From: a virus
Lineage: Duplodnaviria > Heunggongvirae > Uroviricota > Caudoviricetes
Reading direction: 5' to 3' (one strand)
Virus record (IMG/VR): IMGVR_UViG_3300012573_000004
Length of the DNA stretch: 64,000 nt
In this document: positions 1 through 9,308 of the stretch, piece by piece
How the letters are laid out: each line of letters starts with the position of its first letter
Position numbering within the stretch: the first letter of the stretch is position 1
Translations under genes and position numbers: made by a program
The notes under the pieces: model-generated
What the model was told of the DNA's origin: nothing
The model's input: the letters and a program-made list of their open reading frames with translations, nothing else
Databases searched by the model: none

Positions 1-230
1 ATAGAATCTTTAGCTTTTTTTGATTCTCTAGTCAAAGCAGCATTTTTCATAATAGAGATTTGAGATTCTTTATCTTTTTGAGAATCCTTCCACCGCTGAT
101 CATAGTCTTCCCATGTTTTATGAGATGAAACAACATCTTCATGCTGGGAAATAGCTACAAGAGTTTCCAACACTTCTTCTTTATCTGTAGAACCTACTAC
201 ATGATTGTAGTCATAAACAACTTTTTCCAT
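1..230 (-). CDS. Hypothetical protein, partial (runs off window start)
   Basis: Manually translated open frame MEKVVYDYNHVVGSTDKEEVLETL... from ATG at 230 to the window edge. Confidence 0.6.
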   Translation of the reverse strand, partial: MEKVVYDYNHVVGSTDKEEVLETLVAISQHEDVVSSHKTWEDYDQRWKDSQKDKESQISIMKNAALTRESKKAKDS

Positions 231-324
231 AGAATGATACACCCTTATATTTCTTGATAAATACTATATTTTCTTCTTTTCTATCTTACTATAGGAGTAT
301 GATAAAACCAATACTTAAAGCACT

Positions 325-885
325 CTAAAAAGAAGGACGTTGCATCCTCAAAGGTGTTTGTTTCCCATTATCATTGCTGTACCCTCTAGGAAGCCATTTC
401 CCAGGGGTGGGAAGTTTGGAAGAATAACCATAATGATGCTTTCTCCTCCAACCTAGTGCTTTTGTCTGCAAAGAAGTAGGAATAGTATCACTTTTCCTCC
501 TATTGCACTGAGGACAAAGCATTACTAGATTATCCATGGTAGTAGCACCACCTTTGCTATGTGGATACCAATGATCACCATGGAGATCTACACCAGTATA
601 TCTACACCTGAAAAACAGACCTGTTCCCTCACATCTATTTTCACATTGTCTAGATAGCTGAGACTTTTCTTTTGCAGTAAAAACTCTCTTTGCATCCCTA
701 TGAGAATCATCTTTTTTCCTATGCGCAATGACAGTAAAGAAATGTCCTACCTTGCTTACCACTGCAACAATAATAGAGATGAACAACACAGTGATTGCAG
801 CCATAATAACAAAAGGAGGAATAGCAGGAATGAGAGTAGTTAAATAGTGAAAAAACTCTCCTGCTTCATGCAAGCTAATATACAT
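325..885 (-). CDS. Membrane-anchored HNH endonuclease
   Basis: N-terminal hydrophobic helix; HGDHWYPHSKGG...DNLVMLCPQCNRRK His-Me finger motif with Cys ligands. Confidence 0.85.
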   Translation of the reverse strand: MYISLHEAGEFFHYLTTLIPAIPPFVIMAAITVLFISIIVAVVSKVGHFFTVIAHRKKDDSHRDAKRVFTAKEKSQLSRQCENRCEGTGLFFRCRYTGVDLHGDHWYPHSKGGATTMDNLVMLCPQCNRRKSDTIPTSLQTKALGWRRKHHYGYSSKLPTPGKWLPRGYSNDNGKQTPLRMQRPSF

Positions 886-929
886 GTGTTAAAACTTTCT
901 TATTGGAAATAATATGCAAAATACACCTA

Positions 930-1418
930 TTACTGTACAAAATTTGTCAAATATTGGTTATCCTTTTGCACTACCCATGCAGTGGACATGACACGTGCTG
1001 GGTTATATACAGGATTAAATGATGTATCCCAATCTCCTCGAATAGCCTGATCATTTCCCTTAAACAACTTATATACCTGCACATTGTTATCATCAGAAAC
1101 ATGGTTTCCATCATAAAGACAACCAGTAATATCAAATGGTGCTGCAACATTGTAAATATCACATAGAACACCATAAAGCTTCTTAGTCATATCATGCGCA
1201 GGGGAAACAGGGTTTTCAAAAACACCTTCAATGGTTAGGTGCATTTCCTTAAACCACTGAGAATCAGGATGAGAATAAGAAACGTTCATCCACTCATAAT
1301 CTTCTACAATCTTATTGACAGGATTCTTGATGTCATCCCAGTTAGGATTAGACCTTCCTGGAAGAGTGTAGCGAAGCTTAATATTGAAATTATCAATCAT
1401 AGGGTTGTTGTTAGTCAC
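930..1418 (-). CDS. Hypothetical protein
   Basis: 162-aa ORF with AAGGAGA SD before a GTG start. Confidence 0.7.
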   Translation of the reverse strand: MTNNNPMIDNFNIKLRYTLPGRSNPNWDDIKNPVNKIVEDYEWMNVSYSHPDSQWFKEMHLTIEGVFENPVSPAHDMTKKLYGVLCDIYNVAAPFDITGCLYDGNHVSDDNNVQVYKLFKGNDQAIRGDWDTSFNPVYNPARVMSTAWVVQKDNQYLTNFVQ

Positions 1419-1563
1419 TTTTTTCTCCTTGTCTATGTTTTCTTATGTGATAAAAACAAGAATAGACAAAGAGAATGAAACTTTCAAATTTTTACATTTT
1501 TCAACCCTAATATAGGGGAACATATTTATGCCCCTTTAACAATATGGATAGGGATACAAAAAA

Positions 1564-1599
1564 CACTCCCCTATAGCATAAAAGCATAAGAGGAGTGTT
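1564..1599. terminator. Intrinsic terminator-like hairpin
   Basis: ACACTCC...GGAGTGT inverted repeat downstream of the 1615 ORF, followed by a T-run on the minus strand. Confidence 0.6.
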
Positions 1600-1614
1600 A
1601 AAGACTAGAAAGGT

Positions 1615-3411
1615 TTATAGTGAAGCTGCTTCAATAATATCATCTAGAAGATCATTAGTTTTTGCACCAATGGTAACAACATCAACATCATTATCTGATG
1701 CTTCACGAAGAAGGTTGTTAACAGTATCTACAATGAGATTATATCCTTGAGAACCTTTATCAAACTTCTTAGAGATTTCACCAGTGATAACCTCAGGACC
1801 AACTACCACCACAGCACATCCAGGATGCTTATAAGCTTCATTGAGAATAGTGCGTGCATCTAGTGGAGAAATATCACCCTCAGGAAGCTCAACGAACTGT
1901 TCTTTAACAGTAGATGGCAAGATAGCATGTCCAGACTTATTTTCTGTGAAATCAAAGACATACACTTCACGGTTGTCTAGTACAAGAGAAATCTCTTTGG
2001 TGAAAGTATCATTGTCTTCACAATCTTCAAAAACAATAGGAGTTACATTGATTGCAGCACCTTGTGGTTGAGAAGAAGTCTCACCATTGACCAAAGCTGT
2101 GTTATCTTCATTTGATACTGCATCAGGATTGTCAATTTCTCCTTCTGCAGGTCCTCTGTCTAGATCATCTTTTTCCAGATCATCAAAGACATCATCTTCT
2201 CTTTCTGCTTCACCACTTGATGGATCATTTTCATTTTCTAGTGGGGAGAAGTAAGAGTCAAGATCGTCAATGACATCATTACTATTGTCATCTTCATCTA
2301 CCTGAGAATAACCATTATCTTCTGCTACCTCAACAACAGAGTCTTTGCTAAAGTCTTCAGGATCTTGTCCCTTTTCTACTTCTTCATCAAAAGCTTCCTC
2401 GCTGTCAATAAATGCAAAGTCTTCATCATCTGGAACCTCATTAGCATCTCCACGCTCTTCTGTAGATGGTTCAAACTCTGCAGAACCATCTTGAGTTTCT
2501 TCAGGATGCTCATCTTCTTTGTCACTTACCAGAAAATCAAAGTCTTCTTCTGTGACATCATGCTCATCAGCATTCACATCATCTTGAGCATTCTCTTCTT
2601 TAGGAGGAAGAGGAACGTTGGAACCAGCAGGAAGAGACACAGGTGAAGCACCTGGAGGAAGTGGAGCAACATAGTCATTGTCATCTTCTTCTACAGTATT
2701 GTCTTCTGCATCATTGTCCTCAAGGAATCCACGGAAGTCATGTTTTTCAGAACCCTCTACAAGAATTCCTTCACCTTTAAGTTCAAGATCTTCTAGACCA
2801 GGTTCATCAACAATAACCTTTTCTGCATCATTGTTCTCTTCAGCATTGTCCTCTTCTAGAGTGTTCTCTTCAGCATTGTCCTCTTCTAGAGATTCAGTGT
2901 CTTCCTTCACATCTTCAGAATCATTGACTTCTGGTGTTTTTTCATCAAGATCTTTATCTTCTTCACTGCTGTCTTCATTCAGGAAATCCTCATCCTCAGA
3001 AGAAGTATCTGTAGTTCTCTCACCATCTTCTTTATAAGGTGATTTTTGAGCTTCTTCATAAGCATCTTTTTCAGGAGAAAAATCACCACGAAGTCTATCC
3101 ATAGAATTGGAGATATCTTCATTATCTTCTAAGATATCTTTAGCAGTAGAATCAGACTTTTCTACCTTTGTTTCATTTGTATCTTCTTTATCCTGTGCAT
3201 TGTCTTCCTGTGAAGAAGAATCATCCTTAATCTCTTCTACATTATCAGCAATAGCATCTTTTACTTCATTGAACTTATCAGAAGCAGCACCTGCAATATC
3301 TTCTGCCTTGTCTTTAATAGAATCACCAATAGACTCTGCAGAATAACTAGATGTGCGGTTGTCATTGGTTGAGTTTTTAGAACTCTTTTTTGATTTGAAA
3401 AATGAAAACAT
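1615..3411 (-). CDS. Highly acidic low-complexity protein with globular C-terminal domain
   Basis: 598 aa, D/E-rich, basic-aromatic N-terminus MFSFFKSKK; AAGGA SD. Confidence 0.8.
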   Translation of the reverse strand: MFSFFKSKKSSKNSTNDNRTSSYSAESIGDSIKDKAEDIAGAASDKFNEVKDAIADNVEEIKDDSSSQEDNAQDKEDTNETKVEKSDSTAKDILEDNEDISNSMDRLRGDFSPEKDAYEEAQKSPYKEDGERTTDTSSEDEDFLNEDSSEEDKDLDEKTPEVNDSEDVKEDTESLEEDNAEENTLEEDNAEENNDAEKVIVDEPGLEDLELKGEGILVEGSEKHDFRGFLEDNDAEDNTVEEDDNDYVAPLPPGASPVSLPAGSNVPLPPKEENAQDDVNADEHDVTEEDFDFLVSDKEDEHPEETQDGSAEFEPSTEERGDANEVPDDEDFAFIDSEEAFDEEVEKGQDPEDFSKDSVVEVAEDNGYSQVDEDDNSNDVIDDLDSYFSPLENENDPSSGEAEREDDVFDDLEKDDLDRGPAEGEIDNPDAVSNEDNTALVNGETSSQPQGAAINVTPIVFEDCEDNDTFTKEISLVLDNREVYVFDFTENKSGHAILPSTVKEQFVELPEGDISPLDARTILNEAYKHPGCAVVVVGPEVITGEISKKFDKGSQGYNLIVDTVNNLLREASDNDVDVVTIGAKTNDLLDDIIEAASL

Positions 3412-3562
3412 AGATTATCCTTTTCATATTCTTGCTTCTTTTGTACTAATGGTGATAGAAGATTGGAAAAACCGCACTTCACAACCGTTGCAAACAACTT
3501 TAACATATAATATGACTATATTGTATCTTGAGGTTTTTCACCTTATTGAAAAACTGTTTCTT

Positions 3563-4714
3563 TTACTTCTTCTTATCTTCAGTTGCAGATGTGCTAGATG
3601 CTGTTTTGCTAGATTCCTTGGAAGAAGTTGATGTAGTTGAAGATTCTGCAGAACCATCTTTAGATTCTGATTCTCCTTGTGGAATAACTCTTTTATCTTC
3701 TTGCATATCAATCTGTGCTTTAGTATAGGGATCATTAGGATCTAGAACAATACTAGAGACAACATCTTCACAAGAGGATCTACGCTCTTTGATAGATTCA
3801 TCCTGGCTATCTTGAGGAGTGTTATCAAGATAGCTCTTACATCTGCGTACAGAAACTATATTCCTTACCTTGTCAGATTTAGCTAGTTCTTCACCTTTTT
3901 CCTTTTTGAGCTTATCTTTGTCAATCATCATATTTCCACAAGATTCAAGCTCTGATACAGCTTTCAATGTAGCAACATTGTCAAAGGTATCATCATTGAA
4001 GTTTTGAGAAATAGTTTGACTCAACTGTCCATTAAGGTTGTTGATTTCACCATTAGTATTTTCAATTCCATCCCTAATACCATTAAAGTTATAACTAGCA
4101 ATACTATTGAGATTGCTTTGCAAAGACTCTAATGCTGAAGCATATCCTTCAAAAGCAGAAGCTATACCACGAGATGCAGTACTGATATCCCCATCCACTT
4201 CATTTCCTACTTTGAGATTATTATCTCCTGGCATAGTGTTCTTCTCATCTTGTTGAGCTTTAGCTAGAGAAGTCTCTGGAAGTTGAGAAAAATCATCAGA
4301 AATATCATCTAGTCTTTTAAGATTTCTATTAATATCCCAAGAGATAAACTTTCTTGCTTTCACTGGGTTTGTTTCATTTCCAGTAGGCTTAAGCTCTAAC
4401 CTATTTTCTCCTAGCTCCTCTACTAGTGAGCATGTCTTACCAGCCCAAGCTACCTGTTGTAGATTGACAAGATCTACTTTTAGATCCTGAGGTACTTCTG
4501 GAGTAGTAGATGTTGCTACTGTCTCTTCTTGTTCTTTTCCATCTTCTCCTCCAGATACAACTGCAACTCCAATAACCAATCCAATAATAGCAACTATTCC
4601 TACTGGAATAGCCCAGTTATTTTTCTTCTTCTCTTTTTTATCTTTATCTTTTTTCTCACTAACATCCTCATCATCAAAGAGAATGGATAGATCATTGAAG
4701 TCCATATCACTCAT
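3563..4714 (-). CDS. Single-pass membrane protein with extracytoplasmic coiled-coil domain
   Basis: TM helix WAIPVGIVAIIGLVIGVAVV; AAGGAG SD. Confidence 0.8.
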   Translation of the reverse strand: MSDMDFNDLSILFDDEDVSEKKDKDKKEKKKNNWAIPVGIVAIIGLVIGVAVVSGGEDGKEQEETVATSTTPEVPQDLKVDLVNLQQVAWAGKTCSLVEELGENRLELKPTGNETNPVKARKFISWDINRNLKRLDDISDDFSQLPETSLAKAQQDEKNTMPGDNNLKVGNEVDGDISTASRGIASAFEGYASALESLQSNLNSIASYNFNGIRDGIENTNGEINNLNGQLSQTISQNFNDDTFDNVATLKAVSELESCGNMMIDKDKLKKEKGEELAKSDKVRNIVSVRRCKSYLDNTPQDSQDESIKERRSSCEDVVSSIVLDPNDPYTKAQIDMQEDKRVIPQGESESKDGSAESSTTSTSSKESSKTASSTSATEDKKK

Positions 4715-4755
4715 TTATGTGTTCTCCTTGGTCTCATAGTCATCTTCATGTCCCT

Positions 4756-6993
4756 TTAGTCTCTAATATGGACAAAGTTCTTTTTCTCTTTTACCCAATG
4801 AGGAAGATAGTCTTTGACATCTTCATAGGGTTCTGTACTAGCTACAATTACTGTAGCATAGCTTAATGGCAACCGTGCATTCTCAGCTAGAGGCCAATGA
4901 AAAAGACAATCAGTAAAAAGAATAAGAACATCAGGTGAAGGATAGTTTCTTCCTCTAAATTTTACTCCCTTTTTGGCAACCCTAGCAACAGTATCACCAA
5001 ATTTAGCGCTAGATCCATCAAAAGTTTTTCCAATATTTTTGACAATACTATGAGCAGGAGAAGTAGAATAAGCCACATATTTAATAGAGTTATCAGCAGC
5101 AGCCATGACTACAGGTTGAGAATACTGAATGAGTATCTTTTGCACTACCCCTGCAAACTCACTAATGGTTTTCTTTTTTCTCCTTAGCATTGAAGGAGAA
5201 GCATCTACCAAAACAGTAACCTCTGGAGGATAAGTAACAAACCCCATCATAATAGGCATATCAGGTTGCTGGTTAGGGTTTTGCTTTGCATAAGATAGAT
5301 CTGATTGTCCAGCCATTTGAGCGCGAGATACACTTAAAGTAACTAGTTTTCTTAAAACTTTTTGCCAAGGAACTACTGGTTTTCTTAGTTTTTCATTAGA
5401 CCAGGCAATAAAACTATCACCAGCGGTGAATCCACCATTTTTAGGCAAAGAATCATTATGTTCCTGGATGCTTTCTGCTAGTTCTTTATCTAGCTCTGAT
5501 CTTTCTTCTGCAGATATGCCCACAGCAGAAGTGTCTTGTCTATGCTGTGGAATATCAAAGTTATGCGCTCCAGATTCACCAACAGAATCTTTTGCTCTAT
5601 CCATAAGATGTTGATACTCTTTTTGCAGTTCATCATGATCCCCTTGTGTCCCTTGAGGTGTAGAATCATCCATCTCATCAGCAAGATGTGCTTCTATTCC
5701 AGTCATATCATCTTGCTGATTGAGATCTGGAGAAGAACTAGATTGTGGAGAAGTTTGTCCACTAGGTTTGTCTTCTTTCCCCTCCCAAGGATTTTCTACT
5801 TCTTCTGACTCTTCTTTGTCAAGTGATTGACTTTGAGGAGAGCTTTTTTCTCTTTGTGGAATATCACTATGTATATCATCATAAGACTGTGAAATAGACT
5901 GTTCTACAGAAGAAATGTCATCTTCTTTTTCTCCTGATGAATGGTTTTCTTTGTCTTCACCACTTTCTTGTTGTTGAGGATTATCTATATGATGAGGTTG
6001 TGTATTTATTGGTGGTGGAGTATGTGAATCACCTTCTGTATTAGTAGATGGTGCATGGTGCTCATCATGAGAATAGTCACCTCTAAAAGGAGAAGGTGGT
6101 TGCTGTATGGAAGAGTTTTTATCAGAGTTATTTTCTATATCTCCCTGTGAAGAGTTTTTATCATCACTAGAAGAAGAATCATATGAGCTATCTTCCCTCC
6201 CCTTGTTATTATGAGAACTTGTCTCGTCACCTTGTTCAGGAGAAGAAGAATCACCAGGGGTGTTTTCTCCTTGAGAAGAACCAGCACTCCCACTGTCACC
6301 AGTTTTACCTTCTCCTGATTCCTCCCCTACCGGAGGAGAAAAAGACTCTTCATCATCACCATCTTGTTGTTGGTCATTGTTTTCATCTTGTACATCAGAA
6401 GATTCATCTTGGTTATCATCTTCCTCATTACGATTAAGATATTCCTCTTCTTCCTGTTCATTTTTATCTATGATCATTTGAATATACTTTTCAGAAGTCA
6501 AACCAGAATCAAAACCAAAATCTTCTGGAATAAGCCATCCTTCAGGAAGATGAGGTGGCTTGGTAGCATCATAAGATGCAAGGTATGACTTATCAATGAC
6601 CTTGGAAGCAATGTCTATCCATTGATACTCAGAAACAGAAGAAAACTTCTTGTTAATATCATCATTGATTTCCAAAGACTGTCCTAGACCAATAATGTCC
6701 CTTCTTACTGCAGGGTGATCTTCTTCATAGCGCTTAGCTCTATTATCCATAGACCGCAAAGACTGTTGCAATGCAAATTCTAATGCAATAGCAATATCCA
6801 TAAGATTATGAGATTGTATGAACTCTAACCCCACTGTCATGACCAAGGAGGAAGAACCCATAATAGATAAAGAATCATCATAGACATAGGTAAAATCACA
6901 CTTTGTAAGGTATACATGCCACCAAGGAGACCACACTACAACAAGATTCTGTGCTCTGGATACTTTGTGTGCAGCTGCACTAGGAGTAATCAT
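4756..6993 (-). CDS. vWA domain protein of DUF2201 (metallopeptidase-like + vWA) architecture
   Basis: VPWQKVLR, SYAKQNP, MIDAS VLVDASPSM, ILFTD; acidic linker. Confidence 0.75.
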   Translation of the reverse strand: MITPSAAAHKVSRAQNLVVVWSPWWHVYLTKCDFTYVYDDSLSIMGSSSLVMTVGLEFIQSHNLMDIAIALEFALQQSLRSMDNRAKRYEEDHPAVRRDIIGLGQSLEINDDINKKFSSVSEYQWIDIASKVIDKSYLASYDATKPPHLPEGWLIPEDFGFDSGLTSEKYIQMIIDKNEQEEEEYLNRNEEDDNQDESSDVQDENNDQQQDGDDEESFSPPVGEESGEGKTGDSGSAGSSQGENTPGDSSSPEQGDETSSHNNKGREDSSYDSSSSDDKNSSQGDIENNSDKNSSIQQPPSPFRGDYSHDEHHAPSTNTEGDSHTPPPINTQPHHIDNPQQQESGEDKENHSSGEKEDDISSVEQSISQSYDDIHSDIPQREKSSPQSQSLDKEESEEVENPWEGKEDKPSGQTSPQSSSSPDLNQQDDMTGIEAHLADEMDDSTPQGTQGDHDELQKEYQHLMDRAKDSVGESGAHNFDIPQHRQDTSAVGISAEERSELDKELAESIQEHNDSLPKNGGFTAGDSFIAWSNEKLRKPVVPWQKVLRKLVTLSVSRAQMAGQSDLSYAKQNPNQQPDMPIMMGFVTYPPEVTVLVDASPSMLRRKKKTISEFAGVVQKILIQYSQPVVMAAADNSIKYVAYSTSPAHSIVKNIGKTFDGSSAKFGDTVARVAKKGVKFRGRNYPSPDVLILFTDCLFHWPLAENARLPLSYATVIVASTEPYEDVKDYLPHWVKEKKNFVHIRD

Positions 6994-7919
6994 CTAAAAG
7001 CCCCCTTAGTTAAAGAAATAGAAGAAGTATAATCAACCCCACTATTATATTGTTTGACATATTTTTCTGGATTAAGCATACCTTGTGTTACAGCTGAAAA
7101 ACGCAACTCTTTTTCCACATCAGCAGTATAGATCTCATCCATCTTATCCTCATAGGGAACAATGGTATATCTATCAGAAAAATGTATCCAACGCAAAGAA
7201 GTAACCTTTCTAATAGCATGTGCAATGCTTAAAGAACTATCTCCTTGTGGAACATAAACATTAATACCCTTATTGTCTATCCATACATTGTCAGTATTGT
7301 TGAGTTTATCTATTTCTTCTTCATTAAAAAACTTTCTTGCATCAGGAAAATTTACATAAGGAACCTGTGATACATAAATAGGAGACAAACTTTCTTTTTC
7401 TCCCATAAGGATTTTTCCATAAACAGATTTCAATCCTACTGTACCTTTCTTTTCATCAATATAGTAAGGCATGATACTTGCAGGGAGGGTAAGAACATCA
7501 CCTCCAAAAATAAAGTTGATATAATCACGCACAGAAGTAAATCTTCTCCATTGCTGGTTGTCTTTTCCAGGATGGTACAAGTTAGAAATGATGGTTGCTG
7601 CTGCTTCTTTTTCTTCACCCCCTAAAGCATGAGTATAGACTTTTATACCATGATGGGTAACTTCTACAGCACTGTGGTACTTATTATGCACTGCATAACA
7701 CATGGAGTAGAACTTATTGATATCAAAAGAAGTCATAGGAATATAATGAGGATAAATACCAATATTCCACACATTATCAAAAGTAGAGATGAATACCTTT
7801 GAGTTAAAAACATAAGTCTTTTCTTGTGTCCCTATATCTTTATAAAGAAGAGGGTGAATATCTTTTACTTGGATAAGGTCAAAAAAATCATCATAATAAA
7901 TATCATCCCATAAACTCAC
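6990..7919 (-). CDS. Hypothetical protein
   Basis: 309-aa ORF overlapping both neighbours by 4 nt (translational coupling). Confidence 0.8.
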   Translation of the reverse strand: MSLWDDIYYDDFFDLIQVKDIHPLLYKDIGTQEKTYVFNSKVFISTFDNVWNIGIYPHYIPMTSFDINKFYSMCYAVHNKYHSAVEVTHHGIKVYTHALGGEEKEAAATIISNLYHPGKDNQQWRRFTSVRDYINFIFGGDVLTLPASIMPYYIDEKKGTVGLKSVYGKILMGEKESLSPIYVSQVPYVNFPDARKFFNEEEIDKLNNTDNVWIDNKGINVYVPQGDSSLSIAHAIRKVTSLRWIHFSDRYTIVPYEDKMDEIYTADVEKELRFSAVTQGMLNPEKYVKQYNSGVDYTSSISLTKGAFR

Positions 7920-9253
7920 TTTTTACCCCTCCTTCTCACACTCATTTTCTCCACATCATCATAAGATCTTGGGTATATATCATTTTTCATCCAATAAGGA
8001 GTATGCAGTGATGATGCAGTATTAATAACAACATTTCTTCTTGTTTGAGCATCACTAAACTGTGGATCTGGTCTATCATAAGCTAAAAACTTATTATCCA
8101 CCATGGAAAAAGCCATAAGCCTTGTTGCTGCTTGAGATACAGCATTATCACCAGGAAACCACCACGCTGCATTAGCAAGACCAATATGACTTAGTGCTTT
8201 TTGTCTAGAATATTCATCAGGACAATATTGACGAGAAATATCTGCTACACCACCATAAATACCACGGTAGAGCATTTTCCTATTGCTTCTCCATCTAGTA
8301 TCTACAAAAATAACAGAAATATCCAAATTGGAGTTAGCAATCACACCCACCCATGATGCAGCCTTATGAACAATATCATCCAAAGAATGCATAGTGCTCA
8401 TGCGAGAAGTAGAAAGCTCTAAAATCACCAAAGAGCCATTGTTTGTTACCACAATAGCATCACCATGACTTCTTCTAGTGCGCATATTATCTGTAGGAGT
8501 GTGGAACAAATGTTCAGCTCCAAAATAATCACCCCACACCCCTGCTACATTATCTCCTTGCTCACATAGTCTTAAACACATTTCTGTTAAAAATAGGTTG
8601 TGACGCAAAGCTGTAGCACCACTAGAACCAGGAGGAGGAGAAACATCATCTCTTCCTCCTAAAGTCAATGCACGAGCCAGAGCATCCATATTGTCAAAAT
8701 AAGCCTTTGACTCAGGACTATTAATCTTCATCCACCATAGCTTTCCTAGCTTTTCTTGATGTATCCATCCATCATAAGGGGTAAGAAGAACACCAGCATG
8801 ATATAAAGTCATACATGCTTCATCCACCTCTTGTGAAGACAAACCTGTTAAAGCTTGTATTTGTGGTTGAGTAGCAACGTTAAACTGACTTAATACAGCA
8901 AAAACCTTCTGACAGTTATAGTGATATAACTCATAGTCAGCCATCATAACAGGGGAAGTCTTTGACACTTGCTTCAAAGAGATATCCCCTGTGGGGGTGG
9001 GAACCAAAGCAGGGAACTCTACCTGTGGAGTAGAAAAATCTAACTTTCTCACATCATCATATTTTATACTGCGCAAAAGCTCTTGTCTTTCCCAAAAAGG
9101 ATAGTTGCAGCGAGAAGAATAATCAGCAGCCCACAATGGATTATTTTTAGCATTATCCTGCAAGAACTGCTGATTTCCAGGAGTAATAAAATCTCCACCA
9201 TCACCACGAGTTAAGACATCATCAATATATCCATCATAATATGTTTCTGACAA
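7916..9253 (-). CDS. Replication-relaxation family (wHTH + PD-(D/E)xK) protein, putative relaxase
   Basis: LRHNLFLTEMCLRL...HGDAIVV...LVILELS motif series; directly downstream of the coupling ATPase. Confidence 0.65.
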   Translation of the reverse strand: MSETYYDGYIDDVLTRGDGGDFITPGNQQFLQDNAKNNPLWAADYSSRCNYPFWERQELLRSIKYDDVRKLDFSTPQVEFPALVPTPTGDISLKQVSKTSPVMMADYELYHYNCQKVFAVLSQFNVATQPQIQALTGLSSQEVDEACMTLYHAGVLLTPYDGWIHQEKLGKLWWMKINSPESKAYFDNMDALARALTLGGRDDVSPPPGSSGATALRHNLFLTEMCLRLCEQGDNVAGVWGDYFGAEHLFHTPTDNMRTRRSHGDAIVVTNNGSLVILELSTSRMSTMHSLDDIVHKAASWVGVIANSNLDISVIFVDTRWRSNRKMLYRGIYGGVADISRQYCPDEYSRQKALSHIGLANAAWWFPGDNAVSQAATRLMAFSMVDNKFLAYDRPDPQFSDAQTRRNVVINTASSLHTPYWMKNDIYPRSYDDVEKMSVRRRGKK

Positions 9254-9308
9254 TAGTTTTAACTCCTTTGTGTATAGATATTGTATATTTTTTTATACAG
9301 GTGAAATA

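Noticed and set aside
1615..3411. Resemblance to the FtsY acidic N-terminus
   Set aside because: No SRP GTPase motifs in the C-terminal domain
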